From: Stellaceae bacterium
GTDB taxonomy: Bacteria; Pseudomonadota; Alphaproteobacteria; ATCC43930; CGMCC-115725
NCBI GenBank assembly: GCA_035538335.1
Contig: DATLKN010000025.1
Coordinates: 42,611-106,610, forward strand
DNA: 64,000 nt
Direction of reading: 5' to 3'
Under the pieces are notes generated by a model. That model was not told where the DNA came from. It made no database searches and saw only the letters and a list, made by a program, of their open reading frames with translations. Made by a program: the position numbers and the translations under genes. This document shows positions 19,953 to 29,341 of this stretch, in pieces. Each line of letters opens with the position of its first letter. Position 1 is the stretch's first letter.

Positions 19953-21415
19953 GCCGAGGGCCTCAGGGCGCGGTAGAGCGCCATATACTGCCGCGCCGCC
20001 TGGCCCCAACCGAAGTCCCGCGTCATCGCCCGCCGCATCATCCGCCGCCACGCCGCGCGGTCGCGGTAGAGCGCGACGGCGCGTTCGGCCGCCGACAGCA
20101 ACGCCCTACTGTCCTCGCCGTCGAAGCCGAAGCCTGTCGCCGTGCCGGCGGCGAGGCTGTGCGCGCTTGCATCAACGACCGTGTCGGCGAGCCCGCCGAC
20201 CCGGCGGACGAGCGGCAGGGTGCCGTAGCGCAGCGCATAAAGCTGGGTGAGGCCGCACGGCTCGAAGCGCGACGGCATGACGAGAATGTCGGCGCCGCCG
20301 ACAATCAGGTGCGCGAGGCTTTCGTCATAGCCGATCTCGACCCCGACACGACCCGGATAGGCGGCGCCCGCGGCGGTGAAACCGCGCTCGAGATCGGCGT
20401 CGCCCGAGCCGAGAAGGGCGAGCTCGGCGCCGTCGCCGACGAGTTCGGGCAGAGCGGCGAGGAGCAGGTCGAGCCCCTTTTGCGGCACGAGCCGGCTGAC
20501 GACGCCGAAGAGCGGCGCGTCCTCATCCCCGTCGAGCGCGAAGCGGCGCCTGAGCGCCGCCTTTGCCGCGCCCTTGCCTCGGGCGGCGCGGGCGGCGGAA
20601 TAGGACAGCGGCAGGTTCGGGTCGTGTGCCGGATCCCAGACTGCCGTGTCGACGCCGTTCAGGATGCCGCTCAAATCGCCGGTGCGGCGGCGCAGGAGGC
20701 CGTCGAGCCCGGCGCCGAAAGCGGGCGTCGCGATCTCGCGCGCGTAGGTGGGGCTGACCGTCGTCAGGCGGTCGGCATAGTGCAGTCCCGCCTTCAGAAA
20801 CGACACCTGGCCGTGGAATTCGATGCCCTCGACGGACTGGAACGATGCCGGCAGGAAAAGATCGGCGAAGCTCGCGGCCGGGAAAAGTCCCTGAAAGGCG
20901 AGGTTGTGCACGGTGAAGACGCTCGCGGCGCCGGCCGCCGCCGCGACGGCGCGTTGCGCCGCGAGGTAGGCAGGCGCCAGCCCCAGATGCCAGTCGTGGC
21001 CATGCAGGATGTCGGGCGTCCAATCCGGATCGGCACCGAGCGCCAATGCGGCCGCGGCCCGGCCGAGCAGCGCGAAGCGGCGGTGGTTGTCCGGCCAATC
21101 GGCGCCCGCGGCGTCGGTATAGGGATTGCCCGGCCGGTCGTAAAAGGCCGGATGATCGACGAGATACACCGCGAGCCCGCTCTGCGGCAGCCGTGCCGCG
21201 GCGATCCGCACGCGCTCCGGCACGAACGGCGTCGCCAGCCGCAGGCGATCGGCGATGCCGGGCAGGCCGTCGAGAAAGCCGCGGAAGCCGGGCAAGACGA
21301 GGCGCACATCGGCGCCCTCGGCGGCGAGCGCCGCCGGCAACGCCGCCGCGACGTCGCCGAGCCCGCCGGTCTTGACCCAGGGGTAAAGTTCGGCGATCGC
21401 GAACAGCACTCGCAT
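19949..21415 (-). CDS. glgA: Glycogen synthase
   Basis: MRVLFAIAELYPWVKTGGLGDVAAALP (KTGGL motif). Full-length GT5 architecture. Confidence 0.95.
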   Translation of the reverse strand: MRVLFAIAELYPWVKTGGLGDVAAALPAALAAEGADVRLVLPGFRGFLDGLPGIADRLRLATPFVPERVRIAAARLPQSGLAVYLVDHPAFYDRPGNPYTDAAGADWPDNHRRFALLGRAAAALALGADPDWTPDILHGHDWHLGLAPAYLAAQRAVAAAAGAASVFTVHNLAFQGLFPAASFADLFLPASFQSVEGIEFHGQVSFLKAGLHYADRLTTVSPTYAREIATPAFGAGLDGLLRRRTGDLSGILNGVDTAVWDPAHDPNLPLSYSAARAARGKGAAKAALRRRFALDGDEDAPLFGVVSRLVPQKGLDLLLAALPELVGDGAELALLGSGDADLERGFTAAGAAYPGRVGVEIGYDESLAHLIVGGADILVMPSRFEPCGLTQLYALRYGTLPLVRRVGGLADTVVDASAHSLAAGTATGFGFDGEDSRALLSAAERAVALYRDRAAWRRMMRRAMTRDFGWGQAARQYMALYRALRPSA

Positions 21416-21428
21416 CTCGCTCTCCGTA

Positions 21429-21465
21429 ACCCTCCCCCGCTTGCGGGGGAGGGAGGGGTGGGGGT
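21429..21465. repeat. Repeat family A copy
   Basis: CCCTCCCCCGCTTGCGGGGGAGGGAGGGGTGGGGGTC, between the LLM gene stop and the glgA start on the same strand. Confidence 0.7.
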
Positions 21466-21499
21466 CGGCCGCCGGCCATGGCGGAAGGCAATAATTTTC

Positions 21500-22333
21500 T
21501 CAGAGCAGCGCCGCCCGCTCGTCGAGCAGGCGCAGGATTTCGCCGCGCTCCAAATCGGGCACTTCCAACAGCGCCCGCTCGATGCCGGCCACGCGATACT
21601 CGTCGAGGATGCGCCGGTCGGGCGGCGCGCGGAAGACGGCGATCGAGAGCGAGGCGGGGTCGCGCCCGGCGCGTTCGGCCAGGCGCGCGAGCCGGGCCTT
21701 CGCTTGCGCGCCGGCGAAGCCCGCGACGGGCCGCGGAAACCAGCCGTCGCAGAACTCGACGACGCGGCGCAGCGTGTGGTCGCTTTCGCCGCCGAGAAGG
21801 ATCGGCGGATGCGGCTTCTGCGCCGGCTTCGGGTAAGACCAGACGGGATCGAAATCGACCATCTCGCCGTGGAACGCCGCTTCCTCCTCGGTCCACAGCG
21901 CCTTCATTGCGAGCACGCGCTCGCGCATCAGCTTGAAGCGCGTCTCGTAGCGCGCGCCGTGATTTTCCATCTCGTCGACGTTCCAGCCGCCGCCGATGCC
22001 GAAGACGAAGCGGCCGCCCGAGAACCGGTCGAGGCTCGCCACCGCCTTTGCGGTGACGATCGGGTCGCGCTCGGGGACGAGGCAGATGCCGGTGCCGATT
22101 TCGAGCTTTTTCGTCGCCGCCGCGGCAAAGGACAGCGCGACGAACGGGTCGTGGGTATGCGAATAGCGCCGCGGCAGCTCGCCGCCGCCGAAAAACGGCG
22201 TCCGCCGGCTCGCCGGGATGTGCGTGTGCTCGGGGAGGTAGAGCGAGGCAAAACCCCGCTCTTCGAGCGCCCGCGCCAACTCGCCGATGTCGATGCCGTA
22301 ATCGACCGGAAAATAGTAAACCCCGATATCCAT
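21500..22333 (-). CDS. Luciferase-like (LLM class, probably F420/flavin-dependent) oxidoreductase
   Basis: MDIGVYYFPVDYGI...LYLPEHTHIP...RFVFGIGGGWNVDEMENHG..., an LLM/TIM-barrel pattern. Start taken at MDIG. Confidence 0.8.
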   Translation of the reverse strand: MDIGVYYFPVDYGIDIGELARALEERGFASLYLPEHTHIPASRRTPFFGGGELPRRYSHTHDPFVALSFAAAATKKLEIGTGICLVPERDPIVTAKAVASLDRFSGGRFVFGIGGGWNVDEMENHGARYETRFKLMRERVLAMKALWTEEEAAFHGEMVDFDPVWSYPKPAQKPHPPILLGGESDHTLRRVVEFCDGWFPRPVAGFAGAQAKARLARLAERAGRDPASLSIAVFRAPPDRRILDEYRVAGIERALLEVPDLERGEILRLLDERAALL

Positions 22334-22346
22334 ATCGTCGCTTCCT

Positions 22347-25300
22347 CTAACCGAGTTCATCCAAAACCGCCTTCGCCGCCCTCAAATCGGCCGTGTCAAA
22401 GCCTTCGGTGAAAGAGTCATAGACCGGCGCCAGCAATTCGTAGGCTTCGGCGCGGCGGTCGGCATCGGCCCACAGCCGCGCGAGATCGGTCGCGGCCCCG
22501 ATTTCCCAGCCTTTCGCTTCCTGCTCACGTGCCACGGAGAGCGCGCGCTGCAGGTCCGCCTCGATCTCGGGATCGCGCGCATCGCGCAGGTGCCTGAGCG
22601 CCGCCGCGCGGACGCGATGGAGGTGCGAGAGATACGTCGCCTCGCCCTGCGAAGTCGCTTCGAGCGCTTCATTCGCCTGCTGCAACGTCTCGGCATAGCG
22701 ACCGGCGGCCATCAGAGCCTCGGCCCGGAGACCGAGCAGGAAGGTCGCGTGCACATGCGTGCCGAGGCCGCGCAATACCCGGTTCGCCTCGTCGAGGCGG
22801 GCAAGACCTTCTTCGACCTCTCCCAGCCGGGCCGCGGCCCAGCCGAGAAAACCGGTCCCGTAAAATCGCGGCGTCGAGAGCCCCGCGCTATCGGCCAAGC
22901 GCAGCAATTCCGTCGCGTAACCGCGCACCGCCTCGGGCTCGTCCAGCACTGCATAGACTTCGCAGGCGCGCCACAGCGCGTTCGCGAGAGAGGCGGCGTG
23001 GTTCAGCCGGCGCGCCAAGACGAGCCCCTCTTCGGCCAATCGCCGCGCCCGGTCGGGATAGCCCTGCGCGTTCGCGAGGCAGCTGGCGAAATTCAATCGG
23101 CAAACGCCGGGGTCGTGGCCGAGATAGACGTGCCGGTGATGCGCGTGCCGCTCTTCGTCGTAGAGCTCCGTCGCCGCTGCGACATGCTCGCCGGCTTCTC
23201 GGAACCGCGCCTGAAAGAACCGCGTCGCCCAGCTGCAATGATGCGCCTGCAAGAGAATTTCCGGGTCGTCGAGGGCGCGCGCGATGCGGAACAGATCGGC
23301 GGCGATCTCGTCAGAGCGGTCGAACCGGCCGCGCGCCGAGTTGAAGAGCCACAGATTGGCGACCGAGGGCGCGATCTCGGGCGAGCTCGGGAGCCGCCGC
23401 CCGATCTCGGCGGCGCGCTCGACGACTGCGCCCGCCTCCGGCGCCGACCAGCCATAGACCCACATCATCGCCGGCGCGAGCTGCGACAGGATGGCCAGCT
23501 CCTCGCGCCAACGCTCGTTCCCCTCGGGCTGCGCCTCGACGATCGCCAGCGCGCGGCGGAAATGGCCGATCGCTTCGCGGTTGGCAGCGCGCCGCACCGC
23601 CGTCTCGCCGGCCTTCTTCCAATAGTGCGCGGCACGCTTCGCCTCGCCCGCCTCGGCGAGGTGATAGGCGAGGATTTCCGGCTCGCGTTCGACGCGGTCG
23701 GGGGCGCGGCTCTCGATCGCCGCAGCGATGCGCGCGTGCAGGGCTTGGCGGGGCCCGCGCAACAGCGTGCCGTAGGCGGTATCCTGCACCAGCGCGTGCT
23801 TGAACTGGTAATCGGCGGCGGGCGGTGTGCCCCGTTGAAAGACGAGCCCGGCGGCGACGAGCCGGTCCAGCGCGGCGCGGGTTTCCGCTTCACCGCGCGC
23901 GGCGACGGCGGTCACAAGGTCATAGGAAAATTCCCGGCCGATCGCGGCGGCTGTCTGCGCCACCTCGCGCGGCGCGACGCCGAGCCGATCGAGCCGCGCC
24001 ATCAGGGAGGCTTGCAAGGTCGCCGGCACCGTCGCCCGTGCGCCCGGGATGGCCGCGATCGTGCCGTGCGCCGCGCCGGCCGCCGCCTCGAGCACGACCT
24101 TGGTCACTTCTTCGAGGAAAAGCGGCACACCGTCGGTGCGGTCGAGGATCTCCTCGACGATGTCGGCCGGCAACGCCGCGTTCGCGGCGAGCCGTTCGAC
24201 CAGTGCCGTTCCTTCCCGCCGGCCGAGCCGCGACAGCGCCAGCACCGTCACATGCGCCTGGCCGACCCAGCTCGGCTGAAACTCCGGGCGAAAGGTCGCG
24301 ATCAGCAGCACCGGCAAGCGCTCGACGCCGGCGATCGTGCGGTCGAGCAGTTCGAGCGAGGTCGGGTCGATCCAGTGCACATCCTCGAACAGCATCAAAA
24401 CCGGTTGCCCCCGCGCGAGGCTTGCCAGCTGGCGAAGCAACGCCTCGAAGGTTCGCTCCTTCTTCCGCTGCGGCGTGAAGTCGGGGGCGGCGCCGGGGCC
24501 GGCCGGCAGAGATAACAGATCGGCCAGGAGCGGCAGATCCTCGGCCGCCGCGCCGCCGAGCAACCGCGCCAGCTTCTCCCGTTTCGCCGCCGCATCGTCA
24601 TCGTGCTCGAAGCCGGCCGCGCGCTCCAGCTGGCCGATGACCGGGTAGAGCGCGCTTTCGCCGTGATGCGGCGAACAGTAATAGCGCAGCCGCACATGCG
24701 GTTCGCCGGCGATGCCCTCGGCAAGCGCTTCCGCGAGCCGCGACTTGCCGATCCCGGGCTCCGCCGACAGCAGCACGACGCGGCCTTCGCCGCCGCTCGC
24801 CTGCGACCAGCGGCGCAGCAGCAGTTCCAATTCTTCCTCGCGGCCGACGAGCGGCGTCTCGCGCGAGCGCAGCGCCTCGAACCGGCTGGCGAGCCCGCTC
24901 TGGCCGAGCACTTGCCAGGCCCGCACCGTCCCGGCAAAGCCCTTCAACTCCTGCGGCCCAAGATCGCGCAGCTCGAACAGGCCGCCGACATGGCGCCGTG
25001 TCGCGTCGGCGATGACGATCTCGTTACCTCCGGCGAGCGATTGCAGGCGCGCCGCGAGGTTCGGCGTCTCGCCGACGACGCCGCGTTCCTGCGCCGCGCC
25101 GGCGCCCAGCAGATCGCCGACCACGACAAGCCCGGTGGCGATGCCGAGCCGCACCTCGAGCCGCTGCGCGAGCGCGAGCCGGCCGACCGCATAGACGATG
25201 GCGAGGCCGGCGCGCACCGCCTGCTCGGCGTCCTCTTCATGCGCCAGCGGGTAGCCGAAATAGGCGAGGATGCCATCGCCCATGTATTTCGCGACAAAGC

Positions 25301-25688
25301 CGCCGAAGCGTGACAGCTGCTCGGCGACGCAGTGCTGATAGGCGCCGATCACCTCGCGCAGATCTTCGGGGTCGAGCCGCGTCGCCAGCTCGGTCGAGCC
25401 GACCACATCGCAGAAGAGGATCGTCACTTGCCGCCGCTCGGCCGCCGCGACATCGGCCGGGGGTCTGGGGGCCGGCGGCACCGCGACAGGCTCGGCGGCC
25501 CCCGGCGCCTCGCGCAATGCCGCAATCGCGGCGAGCAGCTTGCGGCGGTGCCCGATCGAGGCAACGCCGAGACCGGCAAGATCCTCGGCCGTCAGCTCGG
25601 GGAGCACGCTCGCGTCTATGTCGTTGTCGCGGAAGGCGGCCGTGTATTGCTCAAGGCCGAGCCCCCGCAACCATGCCGTAATGTTCAT
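22347..25688 (-). CDS. SAM domain / class III nucleotidyl cyclase / AAA(STAND) ATPase / TPR multidomain protein
   Basis: N-terminal SAM-like LGLEQYTAAFRDNDIDASVLPELTAEDLAGLGVASIGHRRKLL. Cyclase block VTILFCDVVGSTEL...YMGDGILAYFG...GETPNLAARL. P-loop LSAEPGIGKSRL. Long helical-repeat C-terminus. Confidence 0.85.
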   Translation of the reverse strand: MNITAWLRGLGLEQYTAAFRDNDIDASVLPELTAEDLAGLGVASIGHRRKLLAAIAALREAPGAAEPVAVPPAPRPPADVAAAERRQVTILFCDVVGSTELATRLDPEDLREVIGAYQHCVAEQLSRFGGFVAKYMGDGILAYFGYPLAHEEDAEQAVRAGLAIVYAVGRLALAQRLEVRLGIATGLVVVGDLLGAGAAQERGVVGETPNLAARLQSLAGGNEIVIADATRRHVGGLFELRDLGPQELKGFAGTVRAWQVLGQSGLASRFEALRSRETPLVGREEELELLLRRWSQASGGEGRVVLLSAEPGIGKSRLAEALAEGIAGEPHVRLRYYCSPHHGESALYPVIGQLERAAGFEHDDDAAAKREKLARLLGGAAAEDLPLLADLLSLPAGPGAAPDFTPQRKKERTFEALLRQLASLARGQPVLMLFEDVHWIDPTSLELLDRTIAGVERLPVLLIATFRPEFQPSWVGQAHVTVLALSRLGRREGTALVERLAANAALPADIVEEILDRTDGVPLFLEEVTKVVLEAAAGAAHGTIAAIPGARATVPATLQASLMARLDRLGVAPREVAQTAAAIGREFSYDLVTAVAARGEAETRAALDRLVAAGLVFQRGTPPAADYQFKHALVQDTAYGTLLRGPRQALHARIAAAIESRAPDRVEREPEILAYHLAEAGEAKRAAHYWKKAGETAVRRAANREAIGHFRRALAIVEAQPEGNERWREELAILSQLAPAMMWVYGWSAPEAGAVVERAAEIGRRLPSSPEIAPSVANLWLFNSARGRFDRSDEIAADLFRIARALDDPEILLQAHHCSWATRFFQARFREAGEHVAAATELYDEERHAHHRHVYLGHDPGVCRLNFASCLANAQGYPDRARRLAEEGLVLARRLNHAASLANALWRACEVYAVLDEPEAVRGYATELLRLADSAGLSTPRFYGTGFLGWAAARLGEVEEGLARLDEANRVLRGLGTHVHATFLLGLRAEALMAAGRYAETLQQANEALEATSQGEATYLSHLHRVRAAALRHLRDARDPEIEADLQRALSVAREQEAKGWEIGAATDLARLWADADRRAEAYELLAPVYDSFTEGFDTADLRAAKAVLDELG

Positions 25689-25758
25689 CGGCGTTGCTCA
25701 AAGCCGCTGATCGGCGGCAACATTACAGCCGGGCGGCGGCAAACAACAGGAGGCGAGC

Positions 25759-26949
25759 GTGGCGGGTGTGCTCGACGGCGTGCGGGTTCTGGATTTCGGG
25801 CGCTACATCGCGGGGCCGTTCTGCGCCGCGCTGCTCGCCGATCTCGGCGCCGAGGTCATCCGCATCGAGCGTTTGGGCGGCGGCGAGGACCGCTTCTTCA
25901 CCCCCGTCGGCGCCGGCCCGGACGGCGGCGGCGCGATGTTCCTCGCGATGAACCGCAACAAGCTCGGCATGACGCTCGACCCCGCCGCGCCGAAAGGCCG
26001 CGAGATCGTCCGGCGCCTCGTCGCGACGGCCGACATCGTCGTCGCCAACCTGCCGCCGCGCGTGCTGCGCTCCCTCTCGCTCGACCTCGACAGCCTGCGC
26101 GCCGTCAAGCCCGACATCATCCTCGTCACGGTGACGGGCTTCGGGGCGGGCGGGCCGCTCTCCGACAAGCACGGCTTCGACGGCATCGGGCAGGCGATGT
26201 CGGGGGCGGTCTATCTGACCGGCACGCCGGAACAGCCGATCGCCTTGAAGCTGCCCTGGGTCGATTTCGGCACCGCCTGCCTCTCCGCCTTCGGCGCGCT
26301 CGCGGCACTCATCGAGCGCGGCAAGAGCGGGCGCGGCCAGAAGGTCGAGGGGGCGTTGCTGCGCACCGCCATCGCCTTTGCCAATGCGACCCTCATCGAG
26401 CAGGCGCTGACGCGGGCCGACCGCACCGCGATCCTCAACCGCGGCTTCAACGCCGCCCCGGCCGACCTCTACAAGACGCAGGACGGCTGGATCGTCACCA
26501 CCGTCATCGGCGAGCCGATGTTCCGCCGCTGGGCGAAGATGCTGGGCGAAGAGCATTGGCTCGACGACCCGCGCTTTGCCGACGACCAGTCGCGCGCCGA
26601 CCACGGCGAGGCCGTCGCCGAGCGCATGCGCCGATGGTGCGGCGAGCGAAGCTCGGCCGAGGCCCTCGCTGCGCTCGAAGCAGCGAGCATCGTCGCCGGC
26701 GAGATGCTGTCGCCGCAGCGCGCGCTCGACGAACCGCATATCCGCGCGGCGCACCTGCTCGAAGAGCGCGCCTACCCGACATTGCCGCAGAGCGTGCCGC
26801 TGGCGCCGACCCCGATCGAGCTGTCCGAGACCCCCGGCATTTATCGCCGCCACGCGCCGCGCCTCGGCGAGCACACGCAAGAGATTTTGCGCAGCCTCGG
26901 CTATTCGGCCGACGAGATCGCCGAATTGCGGCGCGAGAAGGTGGTTTAG
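25759..26949 (+). CDS. Family III CoA-transferase (CaiB/BaiF-like)
   Basis: LDGVRVLDFGRYIAGPFCAALLADLGAEVIRIE is the canonical N-terminus of this family. Confidence 0.9.
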   Translation: MAGVLDGVRVLDFGRYIAGPFCAALLADLGAEVIRIERLGGGEDRFFTPVGAGPDGGGAMFLAMNRNKLGMTLDPAAPKGREIVRRLVATADIVVANLPPRVLRSLSLDLDSLRAVKPDIILVTVTGFGAGGPLSDKHGFDGIGQAMSGAVYLTGTPEQPIALKLPWVDFGTACLSAFGALAALIERGKSGRGQKVEGALLRTAIAFANATLIEQALTRADRTAILNRGFNAAPADLYKTQDGWIVTTVIGEPMFRRWAKMLGEEHWLDDPRFADDQSRADHGEAVAERMRRWCGERSSAEALAALEAASIVAGEMLSPQRALDEPHIRAAHLLEERAYPTLPQSVPLAPTPIELSETPGIYRRHAPRLGEHTQEILRSLGYSADEIAELRREKVV

Positions 26950-26960
26950 GACCATCCTTC

Positions 26961-27028
26961 ATCGTCATACCGGCGCAGGCCGGTATCGACGGCAGAGGTG
27001 GGTCCCGGCCTCCGCCGGGACGACAAGA
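26961..27028. repeat. Repeat family B copy
   Basis: ATCGTCATACCGGCGCAGGCCGGTATCGAC...GGGTCCCGGCCTCCGCCGGGACGACAAG. Two stem-loops between convergent genes. Confidence 0.75.
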
Positions 27029-27035
27029 ACGGGCG

Positions 27036-28256
27036 CTACCCGAGCGGGCCCTGGAAGATTTGGTCGGCGTAGCTATCGGACAGCGGCTCCAGGGTCTGCG
27101 GCCAGTTGCCGTTCACCTTGCGGCGCTCGCTTTGCGGGCGCACGCGGCCGTCCCAACCGATCTGCTCCATGTAGCAGTAGAGCTGAATGCAATGGCCGTC
27201 GGGATCGAGTGCGAAGGCCGCATAGTCGATGCCGGGATAGAGCTCGGGTGGGATATCGACGAAGGTGACGCCGTGCTCTTTCAGGAACCGCACCGCCTCG
27301 CGCAATTGCGCATAGCTGCCGAGCTCGACGCCGAAGGAGGCACAGCTGGTGCGCTCGGAAAGGCCCAGGACGCCGCGCAATTCCTTCGGGTAAAGCGCGA
27401 GGCTGTGGTGCTCGCTGCCGCACCGCAGGAAGATCGAGCGTGCGCCGCGGTATTGCGTTTCCTCGCTTTTGACGAAGCCGAGGCGCCCGACATAGAAGGC
27501 CTCGGCGCTGTCGATATCGTCGACGAAGAGCGCGACCGGGCCGATCTTCGTGATCTTGAACGGGCGCGGCAGAAGCACCCCCTCGACATCGAAGGCGGCG
27601 GGCAGCTTTTCGCGGTAGCGGTTGCCGGAATGGATGTCGATGGCCTTTTCCTCGGCCTCGGCGAGTTCGGCGACCTCCGGCATCTGCGGCAATGACGGCT
27701 TTTCGTTGAAGCCGCGATAGTACATCCCGCGCGGCTTCGACTCCTGCGTCCAGCCGATCTGCTCGATGCCGTAATAGAGTTCGTTGGTGTGGCCGTCGGG
27801 GTCGTAGACATAGACGTGCCAGTTCGAGCCCGGCATGTCGCGGCCGACGCGCTGGATCTTCACCTGGTGCTTTTGGAAATAGTCGTGCGCCGAGACGATC
27901 TCCCGCAAGCTGCCGCATTGCCAGGTGATCTGGTTGATCGTCACGCCGGGCACGAATTTGCGGTCGGCGCGGTGGTCCATGACCTTTTTCGAGAACAGCA
28001 CCATCGCGTGATGGTCGCTGCCGTAGCGCATGAAATAGCCGTGGCTGTCGCCGAGCCCCTTATCCTTCGGGAACCACGGCGCGCGCGAGAAATTGGCGAT
28101 GTCGGAGACGCGGAAGCCGAGGAGGTCGCCGTAGAATTCGCGGCCCTCGTCGAGCTTCTCGATGTTGAAGCCGAAATGCCCCAGCCGGCGGATCTTGAAC
28201 GGGCGCGGCAGCATGATGCCGCCGACATCGTAGCGCTCGGAATTTGTTGCGGTCAT
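27036..28256 (-). CDS. Four-module VOC-fold protein, extradiol-dioxygenase-like
   Basis: Internal duplication: PRPFKIRRLGHFGFNIEKLDEGREFYGDLLGF and PRPFKITKIGPVALFVDDIDSAEAFYVGRLGF. DPDGH motifs end each half. Confidence 0.75.
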   Translation of the reverse strand: MTATNSERYDVGGIMLPRPFKIRRLGHFGFNIEKLDEGREFYGDLLGFRVSDIANFSRAPWFPKDKGLGDSHGYFMRYGSDHHAMVLFSKKVMDHRADRKFVPGVTINQITWQCGSLREIVSAHDYFQKHQVKIQRVGRDMPGSNWHVYVYDPDGHTNELYYGIEQIGWTQESKPRGMYYRGFNEKPSLPQMPEVAELAEAEEKAIDIHSGNRYREKLPAAFDVEGVLLPRPFKITKIGPVALFVDDIDSAEAFYVGRLGFVKSEETQYRGARSIFLRCGSEHHSLALYPKELRGVLGLSERTSCASFGVELGSYAQLREAVRFLKEHGVTFVDIPPELYPGIDYAAFALDPDGHCIQLYCYMEQIGWDGRVRPQSERRKVNGNWPQTLEPLSDSYADQIFQGPLG

Positions 28257-28672
28257 GGCGTTCCTCCGGAGTGGTCGGTTCCCATGTAGCTCGTCAGGTC
28301 GATGAATTCGAGGACGGTGCCGTCGGGGTCGCGGAAATAGGCGCGCGGGCCGTTGACGACGCCGCCCTGGCGGTCCTCCTCGAAGAAAATCTCGACGCCG
28401 CGGGCGCGCAGATGGGCGAGCGCGGCCGGGTAATCCTCATGCGCGACGGCGAAGGAATGATGCACCCCGCCGTGGCTTTCGGGGCGCGAATTGATCGGCG
28501 GGTCGCGCGCGACGAGGATGAGGCAAGTGCCGGCCGCGTCCAGGAAGGCGAGCTTCCCCGCCGCCACGGTCGCCAGATGCCGGCAGCCGACGATCTCGGT
28601 ATAGAAGCGCGTGCTCGCCGGCACGTCGCTGACCGGGATCGAAAAATGCGCGACGGATTTGAGCGGCACCAT
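28253..28672 (-). CDS. Small VOC/glyoxalase-family protein
   Basis: VAHFSIPVSDVPASTRFYTEIVGC...YFRDPDGTVLEF. 4-nt stop/start overlap with the downstream VOC gene. Confidence 0.8.
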   Translation of the reverse strand: MVPLKSVAHFSIPVSDVPASTRFYTEIVGCRHLATVAAGKLAFLDAAGTCLILVARDPPINSRPESHGGVHHSFAVAHEDYPAALAHLRARGVEIFFEEDRQGGVVNGPRAYFRDPDGTVLEFIDLTSYMGTDHSGGTP

Positions 28673-28713
28673 CGGCGAACTCCTTCGCGGGCGGCTAAGC
28701 CGACGCGGCCATC

Positions 28714-29301
28714 CTAACCGATCGGCGCCCCGCGGGCGTCGCTTTTATGTGGCGGCCGCCCTTCGATTAGCCGCCGCGCCTTCCGGATCGCCCGCAGCCG
28801 GCGGCGCGCCCGCCGCGCGAGGCGCAAGGCCTCGGCGGGCGAAACCTCGCCGCGCGATACTGCCGCGAGGGTCCGGGTCAGCATGTCCCGCACATCCGCC
28901 GCCGTGCGCAGCGGCGGCAGATCGACTTCCGGCGGCGGCGCGCGTGGCGGCAGGAGGCGCAGCGCCAGCGGCCGGAAGAGAAAGGGCTTGCGCTCGACGA
29001 GATCAACGAGCGCCCCGGGATCGAGCCTGCCGACGACCCGCTCGATCGCCGGGCGCCGCGGATTGCGGATGCCGCGCGGCCGGCCGCGCGGGTTGCCGGA
29101 GGAGCCCTTCGCGAAGCGCCCGCGTGCGTCGCGCGCGCGAGGCGAAAAGAGATCAGGCGCAAGTAATTGAGATTCCTCGATTCCGGATCCGGGAACAGGT
29201 GAATTATCAGGCTGTATCACGGCTGCGGCGCTCTCTGATATCGGCAGACAAGGGCGGCCGGCGCCAATTGCGGCGCGGCAAATGGCATGATATATGTTCA
29301 C
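28714..29301 (-). CDS. DUF5681-motif protein (mobile-element/phage-associated family); start uncertain
   Basis: ARDARGRFAKGSSGNPRGRPRGIRNP matches the G-N-P-x-G-R-P-x-G signature of DUF5681. The 5' part lies in AT-shifted DNA. Confidence 0.55.
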   Translation of the reverse strand: MNIYHAICRAAIGAGRPCLPISESAAAVIQPDNSPVPGSGIEESQLLAPDLFSPRARDARGRFAKGSSGNPRGRPRGIRNPRRPAIERVVGRLDPGALVDLVERKPFLFRPLALRLLPPRAPPPEVDLPPLRTAADVRDMLTRTLAAVSRGEVSPAEALRLARRARRRLRAIRKARRLIEGRPPHKSDARGAPIG

Positions 29302-29341
29302 TATATGTTCGATTCAAGAGCGAGAAAGGCTTGGTGGTGCC

